Source: Rebecca billardiae RCC1528 (lineage: Eukaryota > Protista > Haptophyta). Taken from it: a stretch of DNA of 64,000 bases. The notes beneath the pieces were generated by a model. It ran no database searches. It was not told where the DNA came from and worked only from the letters and a program-made list of their open reading frames with translations. Below are positions 31,717-43,245 of this stretch, one piece after another. Every line of letters begins with the position of its first letter. Positions within the stretch are counted from its first letter, which is position 1. The DNA lies in assembly GCA_965240325.2 (NCBI GenBank), contig OZ251229.1:1054001-1118000 (forward strand). Reading direction: 5' to 3'. Both the position numbers and the translations under genes were made by a program.

Positions 31717-32572
31717 GCGGGCCGGAGCTCGAGTGCCGCCGCGCCACACGGCGTGCGCTCGCGCTCCGCGCCCGCACCCGAACGAACGGACTCGGTCGTC
31801 GCCCCGCACACCGGGGCGGCAGCGGCGAGTGCCGCGCTATGTATGCAGACATGTGCGCTGCTGGCGCGCCGTCCCTGCGCTGCAGGGGCGGTTCGCGAGC
31901 AGCCATTCACGAGGCTCCTTGCGCTCGGTCGAGGGACCATCCACCAGCAGCCGATCACGAGCATTGTTGAGCTCAGCCGAATCATGGCGACTCCTCCGTC
32001 TGTCGACTCGGCAGCCTGACGCGGCACTGCGGCAGGTTTCCGCACGCACCACGCGGCGCTCGCCGTGCGTGGCATGCGGCTATGCGAGTCGTGTCCATAT
32101 TTCATTCAGAATCAAATAATCAGTCGTCGTCGTCGTCATTATCCATCAATTCCGCAAACGGGCCCGATGCAGTGTGGCACAGGAAGTGGCCCCGGAACCG
32201 GTACTCCCGCACTCACTCTCCGCCGCCGCGACCCGAGCCACTAGCCACTAAGCCAGGCCCGGCGAGGCCCGGCGCGCCCAATTATTGCTGGCATGAATTA
32301 TTCTACTGCTGATTTCAGACTTCGGCCGGAATAATGAATAATAGTATATAAGATCGGCTACAGTACGCCGATCTTCGGGTAGTAAACAACGAAGTTGAGG
32401 GCGCACGGCCCTGGTAGTTGTGAGTCTAGTAGACAAGTAGTTGCATGTCGTGCGCATTCTTCACCGCCGAATCACGATGCGCGCGCCCCGGGCGCGTCGC
32501 CGTGCAGGAGGCGCGGGCGCGAGTAATCGACGCGATCGACGGCCTCGGGGGGCTGCGCCGTGTCGCGGCTCT

Positions 32573-34250
32573 TCATTCAGTCTTCACGCAGCCGGCGTGC
32601 CCCTCGAGCGCGTGCACGCACTCTGACTCGGCGGTGTCCCACGCCCACAGTCGCACGACCGCGTCGCTGTCGTCGCCCGCGCTCGCCGCGACGCGCCCGT
32701 CGGCCGAGAGTGCGACCGCCTCCACCCAGCCGGCGTGCGCTAGCAGCACAGCCTCGCACGGCCCGCGCGCGGCGAGCAGGGGCGCTCGCGCGCAGTGCTC
32801 GCGCCCGCGCGCCCAGCTGGCGCGGGCGGCCGGGTGCGCGGCGCGCGGCGCGCGCCGCGCCCACGCGGACTCGTGCGGCGCCGAGCCAACCGGCTGCTCG
32901 AGGCACAGCGCGAGGCAGCGGCCCGGCGCCGTGGCGGCGGCGGAGGCGCTCAGCCGCGCGAGCTGCAGCCAGTCCGCGACGCGCGCGCGCAGCGCCGCAG
33001 CCTCCGCGCGCGCGGCCGCGCCCGGCTCGCCGCCGCCGCCGCCGCGCGCGTCGGCGTCGGCGAGCGCCGCGGCCGTGTCCGCGAGGTCGCGCACGTACTC
33101 GGTCTCGAGGCCGTGCCGCGCGCGCGCCTCCCACCCGTCCGCGCCCGCGTCGGTGAGCTCGCGCGCCGCGTCGGCCGCGCGCCCGGCCGCGAGCAGCGCT
33201 TGCACTAGCTCCTCGCACCGGCGCACATTGAGCACGGCGGCGTCGCGGCCGGCGAAGGCCGAGGCGCGCGGCAGAGAGGAGCAGGGGCTGCGGCGCGATG
33301 CGCCGCCGCCCGTCCTCGCCGCCGGTGGCCTTCGGGTGGCGCAGCGGTTTGGCGGCCTCGCCCGCCCACGTGCCAGCCCAGAAATCTGCGAGCGCGTGCG
33401 CGTCGGCCGCGCGGGCGTACCGTGCCGCCGCCGCCTCGGCCACCTGATGAGGCGGTGGTACCAGCGCAAACAAAGGGCCGTCGCCGCCGGCGGCGAGCAG
33501 CGAGCCGAGCGCGTCGCGCACGGCGAGCCACACGGGCAGCCGCACCACCGCCGGCACCCAGAACTCGAACACGGACGCCAGCACGTCCTCGTGCAGAGAG
33601 AGCGAGCCTCCTCCAGCTCGGCACTCGAGAGGCCGCGGCGCGACGCGCAGATGGCGCCGCACGCGCGCCGCACGAGCATCGCGCCGTGCAGCCGCTCGAC
33701 GCGCTCGAAGGTGGCGGCGACGGCGGCGCGCGCGTCGGCGGGCAGGTGCGCGGGCGGCGGCTCGCCCGAGCGCCACTCCGCCGCCGCGTCGGCGAGCAGC
33801 ACGGCGTGCAGCGCGCTCGGCGCCTCTCCGAGTGCCGAGCGCACCGCCTCGGCCTGCCGCGCGTCGAGCGTGCGCCCCGCCGCGCCGAGCCGGCCTCGCA
33901 CCACCGCCTCCGCGTCCGCCGCCGAGAGCCCGCCGAGCTGCAGCGCGGGCACGCCCAGCTGCGCGAGCCGCGTCGCGCACCCGTAACGGTAGCCGCCAGC
34001 GTCACCGCCAGCGTCACCGCCAGCGTCAGCGCCCGAGTCGATCTGCGCCAAAAAGGACAGAGTCAAGAAGCGTGTCGAGCGGCGCGGTGGAGACTCGCCG
34101 TGGAGAGCAGCGCGGAGTAGCGCACGCGCTCGCCGCCCTCAAGCACCGCCTCGTGCTCGTGCGCCGCGAACGAGCGGCTCGCGCCGCCGTCCTCGCTGGA
34201 GCCCGACGTGACGACGCGGCTCCGCGGTCTGCGCGCGCAGCCGCGCAAGC
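32573..34250 (-). pseudogene. Frameshifted, truncated NACHT-associated/WD40 (NWD1/TEP1-like) gene remnant
   Basis: ATFERVERLHG, GLSSAELEE, SLHEDVL..VFEFWVPAVVRLP.W, RRIAPQPL, NVRRCEEL, and a WD40 repeat (HAGWVEAVALSADGR...VRLW...LEGHAGCV) are split over two frames. It stops after about one WD repeat. Confidence 0.7.
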
Positions 34251-36234
34251 ACCTGGGTATTTTTCGACCACTCTTGTCCCTAAGTGCGGCAGCTCAAAAA
34301 TGGCGTTTCGCTTCAAAGAATAATCGAATATACCAGCACCCTATGGGGGTTGAAAGAGATCGTACCTGTGCATCAAATACAAGAATTGATTGCCACCCGC
34401 ATTGACGTCGCGCATCCGAGTAAGCTAGAGTGACCAAGAGTATATCACTCAATATCAGCGTGGCGGGAACGCCGGTTCGGGCTACCCGCGCAATGACATC
34501 TCGCGTGTATGAATCAAGGGTAGTAATCAAGGGGCTTAAACCCGCCACTGAGAAGCTGACGGTTCATGACTTCATAATATGCCGGCATAATACTTTAATT
34601 CAAGCGACATAAAAGCCGACCCAACTTCTCTTTTCTATGGTTGGCGAGCTGTTTCAGGCTCTTACAATTCAGGCTTCTTACTATGACGGAATGTTCGAAC
34701 ACACGGCTGGTGTTATGTGCTATTCCACCTTGCATTCCCAGGGGGCTAAGTGTTACTATCGTTAAAATTAGCATCTCCTACAAACGCAATCATTGGCAGC
34801 GATATCCATGCTCATACGCTAGGCCACCTACCGAAAAAACCCCAAAAATCCTGCGCGCATCCTCTTTTTGATTTTGCGGAGCACCTGCGCCGCCCCCCCC
34901 GGCTTTCGCTCACGCTCAGACCTTTCGGGGGGGGCCGTGCGCCATAATATGATGGATATATTCGATGAGCTTTATAAAATAGAGACTCTATGACAGGCGG
35001 GTAGTTAAAGTTTGTCCAGTTTTATGCACTTGTATCATTTATCTAATGCGCGCCAGGCAGTCGAGGCAGTAGTGCTGCCCTGCCCGGACCAGGCCGCCTC
35101 CCAATTACCAATAGCTTACTAATATTGCGGTTCGTGTGTAATTATTACCCCCCCCCCCCCCCCCCTTACGGGCCTTCGACCCAGCTTTCAGCACGCCCCG
35201 GGACCGATCCGGACACCCCTACACATGTGCGAAAATTCAAAATGCCGCCCGGGCTGGGTAATTCACTATAACTAATTACAGAGAATAAGAGAGAGTAAAC
35301 CTCAACCCATTCCCCAAAGGACTTGGAGGCTGTGGCTGATAATCCAACTGCTGGTCTTGTCGTCCAAGGGATCGCCTGAGGTGGGCTGGTAGGCGGTAGC
35401 TAGTGCAGATCACCAGGGCGGGCGGCGATCCCGTCGATTTGCAATTGCATCTGAAGATGCAACGCTACAGTGTCAGTGACCGGACTTAGGCGGTGATGGA
35501 CTGGAGAGCTGGAGCCTACGTCAGTACTGTATTGGGGGTACCGTACCTACTACCTAAGTATTAGGGCGTCGTCGTTGTACCGAGGAACTGCGTTCAGGCG
35601 GTCATTATACGGAACGGCGGAGGCCAGGAGCGTGTTGGCTCTGATGATGCATGCTGCGCCTGCTGGCTGTCATCAGGCTGACAAGCTGCGCTGTCAGAAT
35701 GCCGCACTGCTCCGAAGGCGATTCATTCATCGATTGATTATGAGCAGCGCTCGGACGCGGAGCCACCGCACCGATAAGCACGCGGGCTCGGGAGTCGCGA
35801 GCAGAGGATCGCTACTGACTCCGATAACTGCTGCATAGCAGACTCCGACAGACTGTCCGCGCGGTCCATCGAGTCGTGGGGTGTTAGATCGAAGTCGTGA
35901 GTAGCAGTCACTGCCCATCATGAATCATGTAATCTGACGGACTGGCACAGCCAGCTCTCTTACTCATCACAGGTGGCCCGGACCCCGGCGCGGCCACTCA
36001 CCACTGCTTATGAGTTCGCACTCATCAGGTGGCCCGGACCCCGGCGCGACCCTTGGCTACTGTATCGAAGATGCTTGCAGCGAGTCAGTGCCGGACCGGG
36101 GATGCCCGACGCTGGCTCATGTTACACCGCCCTGTCACTCCGGCGCCTGGGTGGGCGGCGGTCAGCAATCTCAAAGATCGATCGGCAGTGAAGAGGCCGA
36201 GGCGGCGAGCAGCGCTGCCCATGTGTTCTGCGAT

Positions 36235-37032
36235 TCAAAAGGGCCCGTCAAGATCGTCCTCTTCCGCGTCATCATGAGCTGGTGATGGCGGCTGCGACGC
36301 GCGCCGCTTGGCCTCATCGGCGATGTCGACCTTCTTGATCAGAGCATCGAGCTCGGCGCGCATGGCAGCGACGACGGCACGCATCAGCGCGGCACCTCGA
36401 ATGTGCCGTTTCGTCGCGTTCTTGAAGTGGCCTTTGCATTTCCCGTCGAGCTCACGAGACGCGGCCTCCGGCAAGCGCTTGAGCAGATGCTGAGGCAGAC
36501 GCCCGCGGATGTCGGCAAGCATGACTGCGCTCGAGTTCCACGAGTGCTGCGAGAGCCGATCGAGAAGTTCAGAGTCGGGGAGCGAGTCGTAGACGTACGA
36601 TAGCTTGTTCACCTGGCTTCGCGCGGACTCGACGAGGCCTTCGAAGATGGCATCTTCCTTGCCGTGAGCGGCGGCTTCAGCCTTCTCGAGACGGATCTGG
36701 CGGGAACCCTTGTTGACAAACGTGCGCAACCCCTGTTCCATCGACTGAAGGTCGACATCGCCCGGCTCGACGGCCAGGTCATCCACCAGCGCCTTTGCAA
36801 CTTTGCGGGCGACGCGGTGCTCGCGCCTGAAGGTGTTGTGCACGTTTGTGATTGGCGCGAGGGCCAGCGCGTCGGGCGCGCTCTCGAGGCACTCGGTGAA
36901 CGAGAGCTCATTCACGGTCGGGGCGAGGGCAGGAAGAGCGCACGAAACGGAGCGCCATGGGTTGTCGAGGATCTGCGATTCATCGTTCAAGTCCTGCTCG
37001 TCGTGGTCGGATGAGTCCCGCGCCGTCGCCAT
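36235..37032 (-). CDS. Hypothetical protein (~265 aa, helical)
   Basis: Long ORF with protein-like composition from MATARDSSD; divergent from the Fuzzy gene. Confidence 0.6.
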   Translation of the reverse strand: MATARDSSDHDEQDLNDESQILDNPWRSVSCALPALAPTVNELSFTECLESAPDALALAPITNVHNTFRREHRVARKVAKALVDDLAVEPGDVDLQSMEQGLRTFVNKGSRQIRLEKAEAAAHGKEDAIFEGLVESARSQVNKLSYVYDSLPDSELLDRLSQHSWNSSAVMLADIRGRLPQHLLKRLPEAASRELDGKCKGHFKNATKRHIRGAALMRAVVAAMRAELDALIKKVDIADEAKRRASQPPSPAHDDAEEDDLDGPF

Positions 37033-37256
37033 CGTCGAACTGCAGCAGCTGCGCGCGGCGGACGGCGATGCGGCCGAGTCGATCCTGACAAGCTCCGCTG
37101 GGCGCTTCGCGCGCTGGCTGGGCGCGCTCGTCTCTCGAGTCCTTCCCCAACGGCAAGCCTGCCAGAATAAGTCCGGACGACCATGCATTCCGGGTTTTCA
37201 AGTTGGCGAGGAGGCCCGCCGCGACGTTGCCGTTTGTCATCGCGGCGCGCGCGCTG

Positions 37257-38747
37257 ATGGACCACGAGGTCCCCGACGACGCTCGTCGCCTCTTCGTCGC
37301 GATCGATGGGCATGGTATGCCTTTGCTCGTGCGAGCGCTGGGCGTGCGACCGCCCTCCTTCTCCGCCCTCGGGCTGCTCGGCGCAGTGCGCGTTTCCAGC
37401 GATCGGGCGCGCAAGTCGGTGCGCACACTCGCAAGCGCATCGCACGCAGTGTCGTTTGGCGCCTTTGGACGGCTGCTGTGCGTGCTTGCGCTCGACGAGC
37501 TGGACGAGCCCGAGCGTCTCCCGAGCCACTGGCTCCAGACGCTCCACGACGCCATCGTGCTCCGCGTCGGCATCCAAGCCCTCTCGCGCGACGACGCGCC
37601 GCCTGATGAGTTGAAGCGACAGCTGCAGCACGCGGTGAGCTTTGTGGACGCCACGCTGCGCGCGCTGCACCCGAGCCCGGGATCCGCGCTGGCGCAGACG
37701 CGCGTGCACTCGCTGCTCGACACCGCCCCGCTCTTCGGCGACGCGCTGCGCGCGTGTGCGCGCGGGCTCATGCAGTGCGCAGCGGCCGTCGACTCGCGCC
37801 ACGCATGGCTCGCAGCTCACGGGCGCGTGTGCACGGCGACGCGCGACTGGTGGGCGCTGCCCGCGCGCGACCGCGCCGCGCTGCTCCTCTTCGTGCGCTC
37901 GCTGCCCTCCGCGTCGGCGCGGGACTGCCCCGTGTACCTGCCGCTCACCTCGCCCGCGTCGCCGCTGCGACTGCTCACCGTGGTCGTGCGAGCTGGGCTG
38001 GAGGCGTGTGTCCTGGTGGGGCCGGCAGCGGCCCTGTCGCTCGCGGTGCGCGAGGTGGCGCGCGCGTTCGGCGCGGAGGGTGGTGCGGCTGGCGCTGGCA
38101 CGCCGCCCGCGCCGCGCATCGAGGCCGACGCCGTCACCACGCCGCCACTCGCCGCGCCGCGTGCGCCACCGGTCGCGGCGCGCGCGCACAGCGGCCTGAG
38201 CGACACGGAGCTGCTGCAGCGCGGCGCTGCGACCGAGCTGCCAGCATTGCCGTCCGAGCTACTCGGCCTGCTGATTGCCAGCTCGCGCTCGAGCGCCGTG
38301 TGGGAGTACGTGCCTCCGCACTCCTCCGCGCGTGCCGTGGACGCCGCTGCGCCGGCCGTCGATCCAGACGCGCGGCGTGCGCAGCGCGGCGCCACCCTGC
38401 GCGCGTTCGCGCTGGCAAGCCCACCGACGAGCAACGTGCTGCTTCCGCCGCTCGGCGGCGGTGCTGGCGCGCCGCTAACCGCGTCACGGCAGACGGCGGC
38501 GTACGAGAGGCACGCCCACTGGCTGCTGGTGAGTGCCACGGCGCGTCGCGCGTCGCTCACGCCGGGCGCTCGCGCCGGTGCGGGTGCAGAGCCCGGCGGC
38601 GCCGAAGGTGACGATGAGATCGCCATCGCGCTCATGCTCGCACCCAGCATGCCCACGCATCGCGTGCTCGCGCTCGCTCGCGAGCTGCTTCGCACGTTGC
38701 TGCCGCACTTTGACCGCGTGCTCAAGCCGTGCGAGGACGTGCGATAG
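37257..38747 (+). CDS. FUZ: Fuzzy (CPLANE subunit, longin domains)
   Basis: GMPLLVR...PSFSALGLLGAV, DELKRQL....FVD, HGRVCTATRDWWAL, ARDCPVYLP..SP..PLRLLT...LEACVLVGP match Fuzzy longin domains 1 and 2. Confidence 0.85.
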   Translation: MDHEVPDDARRLFVAIDGHGMPLLVRALGVRPPSFSALGLLGAVRVSSDRARKSVRTLASASHAVSFGAFGRLLCVLALDELDEPERLPSHWLQTLHDAIVLRVGIQALSRDDAPPDELKRQLQHAVSFVDATLRALHPSPGSALAQTRVHSLLDTAPLFGDALRACARGLMQCAAAVDSRHAWLAAHGRVCTATRDWWALPARDRAALLLFVRSLPSASARDCPVYLPLTSPASPLRLLTVVVRAGLEACVLVGPAAALSLAVREVARAFGAEGGAAGAGTPPAPRIEADAVTTPPLAAPRAPPVAARAHSGLSDTELLQRGAATELPALPSELLGLLIASSRSSAVWEYVPPHSSARAVDAAAPAVDPDARRAQRGATLRAFALASPPTSNVLLPPLGGGAGAPLTASRQTAAYERHAHWLLVSATARRASLTPGARAGAGAEPGGAEGDDEIAIALMLAPSMPTHRVLALARELLRTLLPHFDRVLKPCEDVR

Positions 38748-39391
38748 CATTGCGACGTGTACATCATCGACTTCGGATTACAGTACAGTATCCGGAAAAT
38801 CGCCCGATCGCCGCGCCTGACGCGGACGGCGCCCCGGCGGCCCGGCCCCGGCCCGGCCCGGGCCCGCCCCGGCGGCAAACAGCACGTCGTTGTATCGGAT
38901 CTGATTGATGATGATGACGGTTTAGGTTATCAGTGACCGCATTCACTATACTGATGAGTTATGATGACTATGAGTATAGTGTATGCGTTTGACCGATGAC
39001 GATGTAACACTCAGTGGTCCCCTGGATCATGGCGGAGGCTTTTCCGTGTCTGATTGGCGACGACCGGTGCTTATTAGAAGGCCTCAGCCGATAATGGACA
39101 CGCGGCCGGCTGGCGGGCCGCGGGAACGGAGCTTACGGAGCAGTCGATCTGACGATCACGAATCACGATGACTGCCGAATCACGGAAGTCGGAATCGTCC
39201 GAGTCACGAGTGAATTAGTCTGAAGATCACTGATCAGGAGACAGGATCAACTGCTACGACTAGCCATATTGAAGTCGATTGATCAGACAGTAGAGACGTC
39301 CTAAGACGAGTAGACGACTGTGCGCTAAAGACTAGAGTCTAGATGATGCGGTGCCAACAAAGGAAGTGCCATTGAAGTGATCGCCTACCAG

Positions 39392-39815
39392 TACCAATTC
39401 TATGATTTAAAGACACAGGCTGCACGAGGGCGCAGCTCTCCTGCGATTCGTCTGTCGAAGTACTGATTGGAGACAGAGGGTGTGAGCGCGTTGGCCGCGG
39501 GTGAGGACCTAGTCGTCGCCGATGCTGATCACAGAGGCAGTAGGTGCCCAGGGATGCCGCTGAAGTATTTGCAGTCGTCGCCAGCCCTTGGTCATCATGT
39601 ACTTGTACGCGTCGACGTTCCGAGGCCGTGTTCGAGTTGCGGATGCAGTGGTGCAGATAGTGGATGGGGTCGCCCTGGCCGGTGTGCGCGGCCTTGGTCT
39701 TGCCGAGTTGCGGAAGTAGTCGCCCTTGCCGTTGAGGAAGTCGTCGCCCTGGCCGTTGATGAGGAAGTCGTCGCCCTGGCCGTTGAGGAAGTCGTCGCCC
39801 TGGCCGCTGAGGATG
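39392..39815 (-). repeat. Dispersed repeat (homolog of 14084-14394) plus a 24-bp tandem repeat (~4 units, NGQGDDFL) at 39715-39815
   Basis: Reverse-complement identity blocks with the 14 kb copy; aggaagtcgtcgccctggccg is repeated. Confidence 0.8.
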
Positions 39816-40051
39816 CCTGCGCTGCCCAACCGGGCACGTCTGGCGCGCCAGCGCCGCGCGCGGCTCTACGCCAGCGACGGCGGCACGGTGTGGCGTGTCC
39901 TGTCAGTGGCAATTACGGGCACGCGCTTGTACTGCGAGAAGCCCCATCGGCCATCGCTCCACCGTCCACACGGGCAGCCATCGTGCCACATCCCGAAAAA
40001 GCACGGCCGATGAAACGGTAACAGCGGTGAACTGCTTTGAGAACCGCTCCC

Positions 40052-42810
40052 ATGGCGCTGGGGGCAGCGGCGCCCGCTGCTGAAGAGGGCGGGGAGGCGG
40101 CGATGGAGGAGGCCGAGGAGGAGGTTGAGGTGGGCGAGGAGCTTGGTGAGGAGCTGGGCGAGGAGGCAGGCGACGTGGCCGACGACGCCGCCCGCGCGCA
40201 CGCGGCGCTAGCCGACGCGTCGGCCGCAGCGCCCGCCCGGCCTCCAAAGCTCGTGCACCAGCGGTACCGCCGGCTGCGCATCGACCTGCTGGCGTGCAAG
40301 TACGACGCCGTGTGGCGCGCGGCGCGCGAGATGGGTTGGACGCCGCTCGAGCCCGACGAGGCCGACTCGGACGAGTGGCACGTCTTCTGGACCGACAATT
40401 CCGTCTCGCAGGAGCGCGTGATGCGGATGCGGCCGATGCAGCGGATCAACCACTTCCCGGGGATGCTCGAGCTGGCGCGGAAGGCGGGCACCGCGCGCAA
40501 CCTGAACCGGATGCTCAAGGCGTTCCCGCACGAGTACAAGATCTTCCCCGCCACGTGGATGCTCCCCGCCGACCTCGTCGACTTCAAGGCGCAGTTCAAC
40601 GGGCGCAAGAACAAGACGTTCATCGTCAAGCCGTCGCGCGGCTGCCAGGGCAAGGACATCCTGCTCACGCGCTCGATGGAGGGGATCAACCTGCACGAGA
40701 ACTACATCGCGCAGCGCTACCTCCACCGCCCGTACCTCCTCGACGGCTTCAAGTTCGACCTGCGCCTGTACGTGCTGATCACGTGCGTGGAGCCGTTGCG
40801 CGTGTACGTGTACCGCGAGGGCATGGTGCGGCTGTGCACGCACAAGTACGGGCCGGTGAAGGCGAACAACCTGGAGGACCAGTGCATGCACCTGACGAAC
40901 TACGCGATCAACAAGCAGGACGAGGGGTACACCCCCGCCGCCTCCGAGGCCGACGAGCGCGCGCACAAGCGGCTGCTCTCGACCGTGCTCGAGCGGCTCG
41001 AGGGGTGCGGGGAGAACACGGCCGCGCTCTCGTACGCGATCGACGACGTGATCGTCAAGTCGATCATCGCGGTGCAGCCGCACCTCGAGCGCACGTACTA
41101 CTCGTGCCAGCAGCGCACGGTGCGCGCGCGCGCGCGCGCCGCCCGTCGCGCCCGTGCCCGCGACCGCCGCGCGTCGGAGCGCCACGCCGGCAAGCGCGCG
41201 CCAAGCGCCCGCGCGCGCTCGTCCGCTGACGCTGTTGGCGCGTGCGCGCGCGTGCGAACACCGCGCGGCGCGGCGCGGCGCAGGAGGACGCCGGCTCGTC
41301 GTGCTTCGAGCTCCTCGGCGTGGACGTGCTCCTCGACCACCGGCTCAAGCCGTACCTGCTCGAGGTCAACCACTCGCCCTCGTTCGCCGTGGACACGCCA
41401 CTGGACGACGCGCTCAAGTCGAGCGTGCTCTCGGACACGATGGCCATGGCCTCCTTCTCGCGCGACGAGGTGCGGCTGCTGCGCCGGCTGGGCAAGGGGC
41501 GCGTGGAGCCGGCGGCGCTGCAGAGGCTGCGCCAGATGCGCGCGGCGTACGAGGACGAGCGCGTCGGCCGGACCAACTTCGCGCGCGTCTACCCTGACGG
41601 CCCCTCGCCGCCGCCGGGCGTCGAGCCACCCCGCTACGACGAATATCTGCGGGTGGCGCGCGAGCTGCACGCGGTGAGCGCGCTTGCGGGCACGCGGCGC
41701 GCGTCGGTCGCACAGCCGGAGGGCGCGGGCGCGGCCGAGAAGCTGCCGCAGCCCCAGCCGCCCGGCGCGGCGGCGCGCGCGCCCGGCGCAGCGGGCGCCG
41801 CCGTCCCGGCTGTGCGCCGCTGCACGCCCCCGGACAGCAGCGCGCAGGGCAGGGGCGTGCCCGTGCGGAGGCCGTCGGCGCCCACGCTGCCACCGGCGAG
41901 TGGCGGGAGCGCGGGGCCGCTCTCGGCGCGGGCGGCCGCGGGGCGCGCGGTGGCCGTTGGCGGCGGCGTGGGCAGCGGCTCGCACGGCGCGCCGTCGCGG
42001 ACCTCGGCAGCGGCGGCGGGCGGCAGCGGCGGCGGCGCCGGCACAGCGCGCACGTGCTCTGCGCCGCCCACGCGGCCGCGGCCGGCGCGCGAGCCAATGC
42101 CTGTGAGGCCTCAGGGGGTGACGCAGGGCTTGGGCACGCCTCCCGCGCCCCAGCTGCCCCAGCCGAGAGCACGGCCGGCTCCCGGCACCAGCGCCTCGTC
42201 GGCGGCAGGCGCACTCGCCACGCAGCAGATGGCGTCGGCAGCCGCGGCCACGGCCGCCGCCGCAGCAATCGCGAGCAGCATGGCTGCCTCCCACGGGCCC
42301 GTGCGCTCAGGCAGCGCCTCGTGGCGCGTCGGGCTGCCGTCGCCCCCGCCGCCCGCGGCGCCGGCGGCCGCGCCGGTCCCGGCGAACGCGGGCCTCGGCC
42401 CGCACGGCGTGGTCGGTCGGTCGCTGCGCGCGCCGGGGCTGCCAACGCGGCGCACCGCGACCGCGCTGAGTGCCGCCGCGCAGCTGCTCGCTGCAAACGA
42501 TGGCGGCGGCGGCAGCAGCAGGCCGGGTGGCGTGGTCGACGCGCAATCGCCGGAGCGGGTCGCCGCGGTCACCGCGTTCGCGCGCGCCCTGTGTCGAGCC
42601 GAGCGGGTCGCAAGCTGCGAGCTGGCCCAGCGCAGCGGCCTCAGCGGCCTGGACCGCAGCGCCGGCGGTGCGAATCCGTCGCTCGCAACTCCAGCGGGCG
42701 CAGCCGGCGCGAGCCCGGCCGGAGGAGCTGGCAGCGGCGCCATGCGCTCGCGCCTGGCCGCGGCAGCGAGCGAATCGGTCGTGGCACCACCGGCACCGGG
42801 CGCGCAATGA
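40052..42810 (+). CDS. Tubulin polyglutamylase (TTLL6/7/13-like); intron 41120-41283
   Basis: WTD, QRINHFPGM, FIVKP...CQGKDI, KFDLRLYVL, HLTNYAINK, CFELLGVDVLLD..LKPYLLEVNHSPSF. Confidence 0.92.
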
Positions 42811-43245
42811 TCCGGTGGGCGCCCTATACTTCTGGGCACCCGCCCCGCAGCGTCCGCAGCACTCGGGACCGTGCGTCCGTGGCACCGCAGCTGTCTTGAC
42901 GACCAGCTGTCTTGACGCCGGCTGCCAGCTAACCGATCATCTCTCTCTCTCTCTCTCTCTCTCTCCTGTAGCAGCTTATTATTAATTATATATATATTAT
43001 ATATGCGTACGTTATTATTATTGTTGCTGTCTAGCGGGTACTCGACCGAGCCCGAGGTCGTCCGAGTAACTTTCGGACCGTGAACTTTGTCTTTGTCGGA
43101 GCAGTCTGAGTCGTGACGCGCGGAACGCCATCAACGCTTACGCGGTCGCGGCCGCGGGGTTACGGCGGGGCCCCGGCCAACGCGGGTGGATGATGCTATG
43201 TCGATGATATGTCTGATATACGTACGACTATATCATCGCAGCGCG

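Noticed and set aside
35143-35262. Possible MITE (attaccc...gggtaat around a poly-C tract)
   Set aside because: The inverted match is only ~7 bp and there is no clear TSD.
35962-36050. ~30-bp direct duplication (actcatc..aggtggcccggaccccggcgcg)
   Set aside because: Only two local copies, with no evidence of function.
39715-39815. 24-bp direct repeats as a possible CRISPR array
   Set aside because: The repeats are contiguous with no unique spacers, there are no cas genes, and the context is eukaryotic.
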